Positions 18,025-28,135 of a stretch of 34,655 bases of DNA are shown one piece after another (position 1 is the first letter of the stretch; each line of letters begins with the position of its first letter). Position numbers and translations under genes: made by a program. This stretch comes from an archaeon BMS3Abin16. GTDB taxonomy: Archaea > Hydrothermarchaeota > Hydrothermarchaeia > Hydrothermarchaeales > SZUA-236. The notes below the pieces were generated by a model that had not been told where the DNA came from, ran no database searches, and saw only the letters and a list, made by a program, of their open reading frames with translations. The stretch is from assembly GCA_002923215.1 (NCBI GenBank), contig BDTI01000150.1, positions 1 through 34,655 of the forward strand, written 5' to 3'.

Positions 18025-19299
18025 ATGGATATCTGCGTTGTGGGCACAGGATATGTGGGGCTGGTAACCGGCGTTTGCTTTGCAAGCCAAGGCCACACCG
18101 TCACCTGCGTGGACATTGACGAGAAGAGAGTCGATGACATAAATCAAGGTATTCCCCCGATATATGAGATTGGGCTTGAAGACCTGCTTAAGGAAGTCCT
18201 TGAGAAAAAAAGGCTTACTGCAACGACAGATTTGAAGGCTGCGGTGCAGGGTTCTGAAATATCATTTATCTGCGTGGGCACGCCCTCCGGCCTGCTCGGC
18301 GACATCGACCTGCGCTTTATCGAGCAGGTGGGCCGCGACATTGGAAGATACCTTATAGACAAGTACCATGTGATTGTGATGAAAAGCACGGTTGTCCCGG
18401 GTACAACAGAATTCTCCCTTATACCCCTCATTGAATCAACATCTGGGAAGAAGGCTGGAAAGGATTTCGGTGTTGCCATGAACCCTGAGTTTCTCAGGGA
18501 GGGAACGGCGATCGAAGATTTCCTGCATCCCGACAGAATCGTGGTGGGTGGAATCGATGAGCGCTCAACAGAGGCGGTAGCCGAGCTTTACAAGGGTTTT
18601 GACGCGCCCCTCATGCAGACAAATCCCAGAACCGCTGAAATGATCAAATACGCAACCAACTCTTTTCTGGCAACAAAGATCAGCTTTATAAACGAGATAG
18701 GAAACATCTCAAAATCGCTGGGCATTGACAGCTACGAGGTTGCCCGCGGCCTCGCACTTGACTCAAGGGTATCGCCCAGCTTTCTCAGAGCAGGTCTCGG
18801 CTTCGGCGGATCCTGTTTTCCAAAGGATGTGAAGGCCATTGTGGGCAAGGCCAAAGAGGTCTATTACCATCCATTGATTCTCAATGCGGCGCTCGCCCTG
18901 AATGAGACCCAGCCCCTGCGGCTTATCCGGCTCGCCGAAGCTAAGCTGGGCAGCCTGAAGGGAAGAGATGTAGTCGTCTTGGGTCTGGCCTTTAAGCCTG
19001 GAACAGATGACATGCGTGAGGCGCCGTCGATAAAGATTATCAGCTCGCTACTCAAAAAGGGCGCGGTTGTGCACGCAACGGATCCGCAGGCAGTCGACGC
19101 GGCGCGAGAGATTCTTGGTGAGAAGATCAGGTATTATAACGATCCCGTTGAGGCGACAGCGATGGGGGATATAGTCTTTATTGTTACAGAGTGGGATGAG
19201 TACCGGGACGAAGCGCTCTACAGGGAAAAGACTGTTTTTGACGGTCGAAACATCGCTGAGGCGCGGGCGGCCGATTATTATGAGGGCGTCTGCTGGTGA
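18025..19299 (+). CDS. ugd: UDP-glucose 6-dehydrogenase
   Basis: VVGTGYVGLVTG NAD-binding motif, NPEFLREG, and GFGGSCFPKD containing the catalytic Cys. Confidence 0.9.
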   Translation: MDICVVGTGYVGLVTGVCFASQGHTVTCVDIDEKRVDDINQGIPPIYEIGLEDLLKEVLEKKRLTATTDLKAAVQGSEISFICVGTPSGLLGDIDLRFIEQVGRDIGRYLIDKYHVIVMKSTVVPGTTEFSLIPLIESTSGKKAGKDFGVAMNPEFLREGTAIEDFLHPDRIVVGGIDERSTEAVAELYKGFDAPLMQTNPRTAEMIKYATNSFLATKISFINEIGNISKSLGIDSYEVARGLALDSRVSPSFLRAGLGFGGSCFPKDVKAIVGKAKEVYYHPLILNAALALNETQPLRLIRLAEAKLGSLKGRDVVVLGLAFKPGTDDMREAPSIKIISSLLKKGAVVHATDPQAVDAAREILGEKIRYYNDPVEATAMGDIVFIVTEWDEYRDEALYREKTVFDGRNIAEARAADYYEGVCW

Positions 19300-19305
19300 A
19301 ATTTT

Positions 19306-20157
19306 ATGAAGGCTGTGATTCCTGCTGCAGGTCTGGGGACAAGGTTTTTGCCTATTACTAAGGCGCAGCCTAAGGAGATGCTACCTGTTTACAACAAGCC
19401 CACGATCCAGTATGTGGTTGAGGAGATAATCCACTCCGGAATTGACGATATCCTGATTATTACAGGCAAGAACAAGCGGGCGATTGAAGACCATTTTGAC
19501 CGGAGTTTTGAGCTTGAGACGTCCCTTAAAAACAATGAGAAAACCGCTTTTCTCAGAGAGGTTGAGAAGATCTCCAGCGTCGATATCCATTATATCAGGC
19601 AGAAAGAGCAGCGGGGCCTCGGCGACGCTATAAACACCGCTCGAAAATATGTGGGCGACTCACCCTTTGCAGTGCTGCTTGGCGACACGATCACCACGGG
19701 AGATAGGCCTTGCACCCGGCAGATGATGGATCTCTATGAAAAGGTGAAGGCGCCGATTATCGCGGTTGAAAAGGTTCCCAGGGAGAAGACAGCGAGCTAC
19801 GGCATGATATCCTATGAGAAAAAGGATGAGGGCGTCTTTCTGATCGATGATCTTGTGGAGAAGCCGGCACCTGATGATGCGCCTTCTGAGTACGGCATTG
19901 TGGGCAGATACATCCTCACGCCTGAGATTTTTGATTGCCTTGACAGAACGGCCCCGGGTGTGGGTGGTGAGATACAGCTTACAGACGCGCTAAGGCTTTT
20001 GAATCAAGAGGGACCGATGTATGGCCTTGAGTTCACCGGCAGGCGTTATGACATTGGAAACCCGGCTGACTGGCTTAAGAGCACGATTGAGCTTGCCCTT
20101 GCAGACGCCTCGATAAATAAGGAGTTTACCCAGTTTCTGAGGGATGTGATTAAGTGA
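19306..20157 (+). CDS. galU: UTP--glucose-1-phosphate uridylyltransferase
   Basis: IPAAGLGTRFLPITKAQPKEMLPV, RGLGDA and VEKP motifs. Confidence 0.9.
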   Translation: MKAVIPAAGLGTRFLPITKAQPKEMLPVYNKPTIQYVVEEIIHSGIDDILIITGKNKRAIEDHFDRSFELETSLKNNEKTAFLREVEKISSVDIHYIRQKEQRGLGDAINTARKYVGDSPFAVLLGDTITTGDRPCTRQMMDLYEKVKAPIIAVEKVPREKTASYGMISYEKKDEGVFLIDDLVEKPAPDDAPSEYGIVGRYILTPEIFDCLDRTAPGVGGEIQLTDALRLLNQEGPMYGLEFTGRRYDIGNPADWLKSTIELALADASINKEFTQFLRDVIK

Positions 20158-21164
20158 AAACGATTGAAAAAGAGGTTTTAGATGTTTCTGATTCGCTTGA
20201 AAAAGCGGGTGTCAGCTTTAATGGGCAGAGAATACTGGTTACAGGCGGCGCAGGTTTTCTAGGCTCCTGGGTATGCGAGGTACTTGTCCGGCAGGGTGCA
20301 GCGGTTACCTGTATCGACAACCTCACATCAGGGCAGCAGGAAAACATTGAACACCTGATCAGAGGTGATGGCTTCACATACATGAACCATGATATAACAG
20401 ATCCCATCTATTTTGATTCCAAGTTTGACACTGTTTTTCACATGGCGAGCAGGGCGTCACCCTTCGAGTTCGCCGAGCATCCCATCCAAATCCTCAAGGC
20501 AAATACGCTGGGAATATGGGTCGCCCTGGGAATTGCTAAGGAGCATGGGGCGCGGTTTTTCTACACCTCCACAAGCGAGGTTTACGGCAACCCGGACCCG
20601 CGTTTTGTGCCCACGCCTGAATCCTATTTTGGGAATGTGAACTCTGTTGGACCGCGGGGCTGCTACGACGAGGCGAAGCGGGCCGGTGAGGCCTTTGTTA
20701 CCGCCTATCACACTCAGCATGGGTTGGACACGCGGATGGTGCGGATTTTCAACACCTACGGCCCCAGGATGCGAAGCGACGACATATATGGCCGTGTTGT
20801 GCCGCGCTTCATCGATCAGGCCTTGAAGAATGAGCCGATCACAATCTTTGGCGATGGGAGCCAGACACGGTCCTTCACCTATATTATGGATCAGGTTGAG
20901 GGCATCCTCAGACTCGCAGGAGCTGAAGGATTGCAAAACCCGGTTGTAAACATTGGAAACAACGTGGAAAAATCTGTTCTCCAACTGGCAGAGACAATCA
21001 TCTCGCTTACAGATTCAAAGTCTAAACTGTCCTTTCATCCTCTGCCCATTGACGACCCACTGCGAAGGAGTCCTGACATATCCCGGGCTAAGGAGCTTTT
21101 AGGCTGGGAGCCGAAGATAGGCTTTGAAGAAGGTCTCAAACGATTCATTGAATATATGAGGTGA
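20154..21164 (+). CDS. UDP-glucuronate decarboxylase (UDP-xylose synthase) type SDR
   Basis: VTGGAGFLGS, catalytic YDEAKR (YxxxK), and VRIFNTYGPRM, typical of UXS-type extended SDRs. The GTG start overlaps the galU stop (GTGA). Confidence 0.75.
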   Translation: MKTIEKEVLDVSDSLEKAGVSFNGQRILVTGGAGFLGSWVCEVLVRQGAAVTCIDNLTSGQQENIEHLIRGDGFTYMNHDITDPIYFDSKFDTVFHMASRASPFEFAEHPIQILKANTLGIWVALGIAKEHGARFFYTSTSEVYGNPDPRFVPTPESYFGNVNSVGPRGCYDEAKRAGEAFVTAYHTQHGLDTRMVRIFNTYGPRMRSDDIYGRVVPRFIDQALKNEPITIFGDGSQTRSFTYIMDQVEGILRLAGAEGLQNPVVNIGNNVEKSVLQLAETIISLTDSKSKLSFHPLPIDDPLRRSPDISRAKELLGWEPKIGFEEGLKRFIEYMR

Positions 21165-21173
21165 AATCCTTTT

Positions 21174-22367
21174 ATGGAGAAGACGACGGTCATTCGCGAC
21201 CCTGTTCACAAAGATGTCTTTTTGTCTGAGCTTGAGATGAGTCTCGTGGACACTCCTGTCTTTCAGAGGCTTAGGCGCATAAAGCAGCTCGGCGTTACAA
21301 ACCTTGTTTATCCCAGCGCGAATCACACCCGCTTTGAGCACAGCATCGGCGCGGCGCATATTGCAGGGCGCATTGCAGAGAGGCTTGAACTGGAGGGTGA
21401 CTGCGAGGTTCTCAGGGCGGCTGCGCTTCTCCACGACCTTGGACACGGCCCGCTCTCCCACACATCAGAGGAGCTTTTAGAGCGTTATCTGAATCATTCC
21501 CATGAGGACATAACCCTGAAGCTCATAAAAGAAGGCGAGATCGGAGATATGCTTTCACGAAGCACCTTCAGTGCAGATGAAGTTGTTTCAGTACTTTCGA
21601 AGAAGTCGGGTTTAAGCGGACTAATCTCCGGCGACGTGGACGTGGATAGAATGGACTATCTGGCCCGCGACGCCTATCACACAGGGGTCGCCTATGGTGT
21701 AATCGATGTGGACAGGCTTGTAAACACCCTTGATTTTGTTGACAATCAACTGGTTGTCACAACAAGGGGGCTTCGGGCCGTGGAAGGATTGCTTGTAGCC
21801 AGGTTTCTCATGACACCCACCGTCTATCTGCACCGGACCTCGCGAATAGTGGATGCCATGTTTCTGCGTGCAACGGAAAAGGCGATTGAGTCTGGCCTTC
21901 TCAAGCTTGACAGACTCTATAAGATGGATGACGTGGACGTGCACTGCCTCTACCGATGCGCTATGGGCTATGTGAAGGATATGGGCCGGCGCATCGATGA
22001 ACGAAGGCTGTTTAAAACTGCCTGGCATCAGGGTGCTGATGAGATGAGCGAAGGTCTTAACACCGCTTTTCACAGGGTTATGGCTGATGTGAAGCGGTGG
22101 AACAAAATCGAGCTTGAGCTTGCTGAGGACGCGGGTGTTGAGCCAGGCTATGTGATATTGGACATTCCCCCTAGGCCGAAGTATGAGGAGAAAAACGCCC
22201 TTGTCTTTGACGGCGAAAAAATCGAGCGCCTCGACACTGTGTCGCCCCTTGTGAAAATCCTGCAAAAGACGCAGAAAGCACAGTGGAGCGTGGGAGTCTA
22301 CACGCCCAGTGAACACTTGGAGAAGGTTGCCCCTGTCTGTGAGGGGATTGAAAGTTATCTTCTCTAA
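21174..22367 (+). CDS. HD-domain phosphohydrolase (SAMHD1/dNTP triphosphohydrolase-like)
   Basis: IRDPVH....LVDTPVFQRLRRIKQLG, NHTRFEHSIG, LLHDLGHGPLSH and DVDRMDYLARD motifs. Confidence 0.75.
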   Translation: MEKTTVIRDPVHKDVFLSELEMSLVDTPVFQRLRRIKQLGVTNLVYPSANHTRFEHSIGAAHIAGRIAERLELEGDCEVLRAAALLHDLGHGPLSHTSEELLERYLNHSHEDITLKLIKEGEIGDMLSRSTFSADEVVSVLSKKSGLSGLISGDVDVDRMDYLARDAYHTGVAYGVIDVDRLVNTLDFVDNQLVVTTRGLRAVEGLLVARFLMTPTVYLHRTSRIVDAMFLRATEKAIESGLLKLDRLYKMDDVDVHCLYRCAMGYVKDMGRRIDERRLFKTAWHQGADEMSEGLNTAFHRVMADVKRWNKIELELAEDAGVEPGYVILDIPPRPKYEEKNALVFDGEKIERLDTVSPLVKILQKTQKAQWSVGVYTPSEHLEKVAPVCEGIESYLL

Positions 22368-22402
22368 TATGGCCAAATTGAAGAGGGGAAATAAAAAAAA
22401 GA

Positions 22403-22429
22403 GGAGGGAGGGGAAGTAGTGTTCCCTCC
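22403..22429. terminator. Hairpin between convergent genes
   Basis: GGAGGGA (22403-22409) pairs with TCCCTCC (22423-22429) around a 13-nt loop. It is flanked by an A8 run (22393-22400) and a T-run (~22446-22451). Confidence 0.3.
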
Positions 22430-22459
22430 AGTATCGTGTAAAACCTTTTTTCTGCAGGT

Positions 22460-23433
22460 CTATTTCTTCTTGAGATACACTACAAGTCCTGCCGCAACTA
22501 AGAGAATTACCACAATTGCCGCAATACCTGTGGAACCGCCAGACTGTCCTTCAGCAGCCCCTATCTCTCTTTGTGTTGGACGGAAGTTATCACCCATAAT
22601 ATGCGCAAAAGAGGCGATCTGATCCTTTGACATTCCGATAAGCTCTTTTGCAACATGCCATTTCACACCTTCAGAACAGGGTGGTGTTGTAAGAGATCCC
22701 ATGAATCGATAGACACTCTTGTCTGAGGGAAGCAGTGTTTCAGGGTTGAATGCTTCATCAAGCACGTTTTCCTCTCCTGCAGCTGTTGGGAGCAGGTTTA
22801 CAATAGGCTTAATTGCTGTGTTCGAAGAGCCTTCTTCCACCATTACACTGATTACTGCAAGCCCGCCGGCACTGCTTTTGTGCACGAAATGGATCTCCAT
22901 TGGATAGTGTTTGCCTGCAATTGTGTTTTCGCTTACAGTGTGGAAGTGAAACTGTAAAAGATCATATTCCTCGCCGTCAACTGTTAAGGTGCTTCCAGGC
23001 TCAAGGCTTACTTGTAGTGTGTGCCCGTTGTTGAGCACTTTTCCGCCTGTTGCCTTGTAGTTGAGATTTAGATCTGAGAGGCTTGACGCATCAAATCCTG
23101 CGATGTTAACTGGTGACTGCTCGGTTCCCCTGATCCGCAGAGCGCGTAGTCTGGTGACAGTGTATGCCAGTTCGTCGGACCATCTTCTCCCTCATAGCCC
23201 CAGTGCGCGCCTCCAGACGAGGCCCATACTGTTCCAACCACCAATAGCCCGATGAAAAGGCCGACCAATATCGTTTTGTTTTTTAGAATTTTTCCACTCT
23301 TTTTTTCCAAGAATATTCCTCCATTGATTTTTTCCACCTTAATTGGAATTTTTTGATACCACCTCATGACATTTAAATATTTTGATACGAGGGTTATTAA
23401 CCCATAAAGAAAAACCAAACTAGACCCTTTCAC
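22460..23433 (-). pseudogene. Alpha-class carbonic anhydrase with signal peptide and C-terminal TM anchor, frameshifted at a G-run
   Basis: ORF 23068-23433 encodes a signal peptide plus HWGYEGEDGPTNW...YALCGSG, then goes out of frame. The adjacent frame continues TEQSPVNIAGF...NNGHTLQV...QFHFH...EIHFVH...TTPPCSEGVKW into ORF 22460-23038. The break is at CCCC 23127-23130. The likely start is TTG 23310, with GGAGG 7 nt upstream. Confidence 0.8.
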
Positions 23434-23600
23434 CCAGCTTCACATCGAACTGACCCAATTCACCCATAATCCACATCAAACAGGCATGATATACACATTG
23501 CTCATAGATACAAGCCCACAAACATGCATAACATCATGACCTCTGTGGCCGCGGTCTAGATTTGCCCAAGCCCCACCCACATCCTTCAAAGCAGGATTTT

Positions 23601-24860
23601 TCACCCCACAACCATGACATCAGGAAGTTCGATGCTTGGCGAGCGAATCGATGAATACTGTTTCACATCAGTTCCAAATCTCACGCCTGACTTCAGGAGT
23701 TCAAAAACATTTCCAGAGACAATCGCTTTTTTCACAGGTTTTCCGTTGAGAAAGGCGTTACGGGTTTCACAGGAAAAATCACCTGAAATAGGGTTAGCCG
23801 TGTGCGCGCCCACAAGCCCGTGCACAATAAGCGCGCCCTTTTCATCTTCAATCTTATTGCTGCCTGATACAATGAAATTCGAAGCGCTCACACCGGGAAG
23901 CCCGGCATAGGACGCCCTCCCAGCGTTTCCAGTGCTCACAGTTCCACCTTTATTCGCCGTATACGTATCATATAAAAATCCTTTGAGAACACCTTTTGTT
24001 ACAAGCCGGGTTTTCTCTGCAGAAACGCCTTCATCGTCAAAAGGCTCAGTCATAAGCCCGCCGGAAAGCGTTGCATCATCAACTATATCCAGCTTTGAAA
24101 AAATCTCTTCACCCACCTGATCGCCGAGCATTGATCTGCCCCTCTGCACGCTGTCAGCGCTAAAAGACGGGGCAAGTGTGTTTTCAAAGAGATCAGACAC
24201 TGCCATGGGCCTGAGAACGACGCGCGTGCGCCCAGTGTCAACTGGACCGGGATTAAGCGAGTCGCTTGCCAACCTGCATGCAGCATCCCCCACCTCATAG
24301 GCGTCAATGTCTTTTTCCCGTGACACCTCATAGTGAAATCCAGTAGACTGCTCCACACCAGTTGCAACTGTTCCAAGATAGGCTGCAAGTGTGAACTCCG
24401 ACTTCTCAGCCCACAACCCATGTGTGTTTGCAACAGTGATTTTTGACGTGCTCCATGAAACAGTTCCAGTCGTAGCATGAAGCTCTTTGTAATCCCCTGC
24501 TGGAGAGACGAGCTGCCTTGCCATCTCAATCCCTTCGTCAACAGTCATCACGATTTCAGACATGGTATTTTCCTCGGCCTTCACCTTCATCTGCTGCGCT
24601 AAACCTTGGAACTCATCCTTTTGCGACGCACCGGCAATCTTAACCGCTTTTTCAGCAGCCGTCAAATCAAGTTTGTTAGTGAAATAAAAACCCATCTTCG
24701 AGCCGATTATCACGCGAACCCCGTAGCCGGTTGTACTCTTCTCCTTGAAAGACTCGATTTCAGAGCGCGTCGTCTTTATGGTCGTGCTTTTTGATTTAAC
24801 TGAAAATATCTCAGCCTCATCAGCCGCCTCACTGAGCCGCTTTAAAACTGCTTCAATCAT
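23601..24860 (-). CDS. pmbA: PmbA/TldE-family metalloprotease subunit
   Basis: 419-aa TldD/PmbA-fold ORF without an HExxxH motif. 4-nt overlap with the upstream tldD gene. Confidence 0.8.
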   Translation of the reverse strand: MIEAVLKRLSEAADEAEIFSVKSKSTTIKTTRSEIESFKEKSTTGYGVRVIIGSKMGFYFTNKLDLTAAEKAVKIAGASQKDEFQGLAQQMKVKAEENTMSEIVMTVDEGIEMARQLVSPAGDYKELHATTGTVSWSTSKITVANTHGLWAEKSEFTLAAYLGTVATGVEQSTGFHYEVSREKDIDAYEVGDAACRLASDSLNPGPVDTGRTRVVLRPMAVSDLFENTLAPSFSADSVQRGRSMLGDQVGEEIFSKLDIVDDATLSGGLMTEPFDDEGVSAEKTRLVTKGVLKGFLYDTYTANKGGTVSTGNAGRASYAGLPGVSASNFIVSGSNKIEDEKGALIVHGLVGAHTANPISGDFSCETRNAFLNGKPVKKAIVSGNVFELLKSGVRFGTDVKQYSSIRSPSIELPDVMVVG

Positions 24861-26203
24861 CCTGCGCCCCCCACTGCGGCGGTTGTTCGGATATGGGCGC
24901 CGCCATCACCCACAGGCACGCTCTGACCTTCTTTACCGCAGAACCCGATGTGAGAATCAAAGTCACGGCCCACACCGTCAACCTCCCGAAGAATCTTGAG
25001 TATCTCGCCTGAAAGCGCTACATCCTTTACAGCCGATGTGATCTCGCCTTTTTCAATGAGAAATCCTTCCTCTGCGCTGAACTGAAAAACACCCTTCGCC
25101 GGGTCCACCTCCCCGCCCTTAGAACCAAGAAGATAAACACCATAGTCAATGCCTTCAAAAAGCTCATCCAGCTCCTGCCCCCTGGGCTCAAGAAATGTGT
25201 TACTCATCCGCACAATCGGCAGATAGTCAAAACCCTGGGCACGGGCGTTACCCGTGTTATCCCTCCCAAGTGTAGATGAAGTCTCACGTGAATGCAAAAA
25301 CCCTTTGAGAACACCGTCTTCAACAAGCATCGTCTTCCGTGCCCTCGTGCCCTCATCATCATAAAAGTAGAATCCAAAGCTGCCAGGGATCGTGGGATCA
25401 TCATAAATCGTCACCTGCTCTGATGCTATTGTCTCGCCAAGCCGGCCTTCAAGTATGGATTCACCCTGAATTATGTGGTCTGCCTCAACAGCGTGACCAA
25501 GCGCCTCATGTATAAAAACACCTGTGAGAAGCGGGTCGAGAACAACCTTGAATCTGCCGCTTGGAGCCTGTCTCGCGTCAAGGAGTCGAAGCGCCTTGTC
25601 AGCAGCACCCACGCCAAATGCCTCAGGATCTTTCAAATATTCGAAGCCCGCCGTTGCGCCCGCCCTCTCAGATCCGAACTGCAGGGCGCCGTTTTTCTTT
25701 GCAAAAACACCACCGAAAAATGCGACCTTCGTAGTCTCAGACTCGATTCGCGCACCCTCGGAACTGGCATAAAAACCTTTGATCTTGCTATCAAAATATG
25801 TAAATGACGAGCTCACCACGTGCTCACGGTCTTTAACCACATTATAAGCCCGCTGCCCAAACTCGATCTTCTCCTCAAGCGAAACATCAAGGGGTTCAAT
25901 TTTTACAGGTGTTTTCACCCTGTCCACCGGCCCCTCCACAGGTGTGAATGCAATCTCTTTTTTTCCTGCCTGAGCCGCTCGATGCGCCCGACCGACGGCA
26001 TCTAAAAGCTCACCAGGATTGTTTGCCGACGCAAAACCCCAAATCCTATCGAGAACCCGCACGCCAAAACCCGCCGTTGCGCCAAGGCTGATATCCTTTG
26101 CAACACCGTCCTTAGTCACAATACTTGTGCTCTCCCGCTCCTGAAAAGTAATATCAACAAATCGAGCGGAAATCTCAAGCGCCTTATCAAGTCCGTCGAG
26201 CAT
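24857..26203 (-). CDS. tldD: TldD-family metalloprotease
   Basis: HEALGHAVEADH (HExxxH) and GxC...GG C-terminal motifs typical of TldD. Confidence 0.85.
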   Translation of the reverse strand: MLDGLDKALEISARFVDITFQERESTSIVTKDGVAKDISLGATAGFGVRVLDRIWGFASANNPGELLDAVGRAHRAAQAGKKEIAFTPVEGPVDRVKTPVKIEPLDVSLEEKIEFGQRAYNVVKDREHVVSSSFTYFDSKIKGFYASSEGARIESETTKVAFFGGVFAKKNGALQFGSERAGATAGFEYLKDPEAFGVGAADKALRLLDARQAPSGRFKVVLDPLLTGVFIHEALGHAVEADHIIQGESILEGRLGETIASEQVTIYDDPTIPGSFGFYFYDDEGTRARKTMLVEDGVLKGFLHSRETSSTLGRDNTGNARAQGFDYLPIVRMSNTFLEPRGQELDELFEGIDYGVYLLGSKGGEVDPAKGVFQFSAEEGFLIEKGEITSAVKDVALSGEILKILREVDGVGRDFDSHIGFCGKEGQSVPVGDGGAHIRTTAAVGGAG

Positions 26204-26221
26204 TGCCTAGCCTCAACCAGC

Positions 26222-28135
26222 TTAAAGAACGTGTTTTTTAACGCCAACCTTTGGAAGGTTCTTTGGCTTTGGAATAAAGGTTTTAATCCGCTCCAAAAGC
26301 CCTTCTCTGTCTGCTCCGCTCGTAAGCGCATGCTCAAGAACCTCGGAGAGATTCTTCACAGCCACGATCTCAACCTTTGCCTTTGCCCTGCGCTCAATAA
26401 GTACATCCTTTGCATTCCCCGCAGGAATGATCACCGTCTTAATCCCTGCCGTAATCGCCGCCTCAACCTTGGCAGTTATACCGCCAACAGGCAGCACATC
26501 ACCGCGAACACTAAGCGAGCCTGTCATAGCAACGGTCTGCTTGATAGGAATGTTTTCAAGCGCCGAGATCACAGCGGTCGCAACAGAAATCGATGCGCTG
26601 TCCCCCTCCACGCCTTCATAGGTCTGAAGGAACTGAATATGAATATCATAGGCTGAAATATCCCGCTGAGTATGTTTTTTAATCAGAGCTGAAACATTCT
26701 GAATCGCCTCCCTTGCAATAGTTCGAAGCTTTCCAGTGGCTATTATCTTGCCTTCTTCACGGCTTTGAGCTGGTGCAACTTCAGCAACAATTGGAAGCAT
26801 CACACCGGAATCACCCATAACTGCAAGACCGTTCACACGGCCAACTTCATCACCCTTGGTGAGATAAACATCATATTCCTTTTTCACGCTGATATATCGA
26901 TCGGCAACCTGCTGCTCAAGAGACCGTGAAATCATCTTCGCCGCACGCACATGCTTTGCAGTAACAACCTCAGCATCCTCATTAACAGCAACATCACCTG
27001 CAGCCCGGATAAGACCGCCAAGCCCCCGGAGCATAAGCGTGATCTTACCCCTCCGGCCGCTCATCTTCTTGGCCATGCTGATAATCTCAACCACCGCGTC
27101 ACGCCGGAATTGCGGGATTTTACCGTCTTTTTTAACTTCTTGGGCAACGACACGCACAATCTTGTTGCGGTTATCAAGAGTGTCATCCATAACATCCTTC
27201 ATGTAAATTTCATAGCCATATCCACGGATTCGGGATCTGAGCGCTGGATGCATGTCTTTTATCGCGCCAAGATTTCCGGCGGCGACGAGCACGAACTCGC
27301 AGGGCACAGGCTGAGTTCGAACCATGGCGCCTGAGCTTCTCTCACTCTGGCCGGTAATCGAGTATTTCCTCTCCTGAAGCGCGGTGAGCAGACTCTGCTG
27401 AGAAGGAAGATCAAGTGTGCGTATCTCATCGATGAAGAGCACGCCTTTATTCGCCCGATGGATTGCGCCGGCCTCCACCAGTTCGTGAGACGCGGTTTCA
27501 AGCCCTCCTGACTGGAACGGATCATGGCGGACATCGCCGAGAAGCGCGCCTGCATGTGACCCTGTGGCATCTATAAATGGGACGGTAGTTTCCTTAGTGT
27601 TATTCACAAGCACCTTCGGAACCATAACCTCGTCTTTAACCTTCACATACTGACGGAGCATAAAGAGAAATGTGGTTGCAATGATGCCTCCGAAGAGGAT
27701 GAGGGGCTGCTGTAAAATGAGGGCGTAATAGATCACCATCACAAGTATGAGTAGAAGCGACATTTTGAAAAAAAAGTTGATCGGGGCTTCGGCCTTTCGC
27801 TTCTGCTCCTTATACTTATTAATTATCTTCTCACTCTCGCCTGCCTTCACACTCTCGATGCGCGGTGTGTTCTTATCATCAGGATTTGGATAAACCAATA
27901 TGTCCTCCAGCTCCTCAACAGGCAGAAGCTCACTCATACCCTGGCCGAGCATACTCTTACCTGTTCCAGGATCACCGATAAGCAGGATATGGCGTTTCTG
28001 CTTCGCCGCCTTCTTCATGATCTCAACAGCTGTTTCCTGGCCGATTACCTGGTCGATAAGCTTTTCAGGAACTTCAATGTCTTCTGTAGTCTCAAAATCC
28101 ATTAGCTTCAATTTATCTAGCCCCTTAACGTACAT
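26222..28135 (-). CDS. lonB: Archaeal membrane-bound Lon protease (LonB)
   Basis: Walker A GDPGTGKSML, two TM helices inserted in the AAA+ domain (FFFKMSLLLILVMVIYY..., LILFGGIIATTFLF), and the protease motif VAMTGSLSVRGDVLPVGGI. Confidence 0.9.
   Translation of the reverse strand: MYVKGLDKLKLMDFETTEDIEVPEKLIDQVIGQETAVEIMKKAAKQKRHILLIGDPGTGKSMLGQGMSELLPVEELEDILVYPNPDDKNTPRIESVKAGESEKIINKYKEQKRKAEAPINFFFKMSLLLILVMVIYYALILQQPLILFGGIIATTFLFMLRQYVKVKDEVMVPKVLVNNTKETTVPFIDATGSHAGALLGDVRHDPFQSGGLETASHELVEAGAIHRANKGVLFIDEIRTLDLPSQQSLLTALQERKYSITGQSERSSGAMVRTQPVPCEFVLVAAGNLGAIKDMHPALRSRIRGYGYEIYMKDVMDDTLDNRNKIVRVVAQEVKKDGKIPQFRRDAVVEIISMAKKMSGRRGKITLMLRGLGGLIRAAGDVAVNEDAEVVTAKHVRAAKMISRSLEQQVADRYISVKKEYDVYLTKGDEVGRVNGLAVMGDSGVMLPIVAEVAPAQSREEGKIIATGKLRTIAREAIQNVSALIKKHTQRDISAYDIHIQFLQTYEGVEGDSASISVATAVISALENIPIKQTVAMTGSLSVRGDVLPVGGITAKVEAAITAGIKTVIIPAGNAKDVLIERRAKAKVEIVAVKNLSEVLEHALTSGADREGLLERIKTFIPKPKNLPKVGVKKHVL

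Noticed and set aside
20457-20984. 175-aa ORF on the minus strand
   Set aside because: It is antisense to the UXS-type SDR gene. The same reasoning applies to the other short ORFs listed inside long, motif-supported CDSs (e.g. 606-934, 1575-1878, 7455-8180, 8554-9299, 10057-10502, 11498-12207, 25475-26005, 26231-27570).
21621-22376. 251-aa ORF on the minus strand
   Set aside because: It is antisense to the HD phosphohydrolase gene, which has clear motifs. It has no recognisable motifs and is a shadow ORF.
23532-23543. Possible fourth copy of the repeat: ATCATGACCTCT matches 33791-33802 over 12 nt, in the intergenic region upstream of the carbonic anhydrase gene
   Set aside because: Only 12 nt match (M-T-S, then divergence to VAAV*), and there is no LTFYGG continuation. 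That is too short to claim homology, though it could be re-examined if the 23-mer proves to be an att core.
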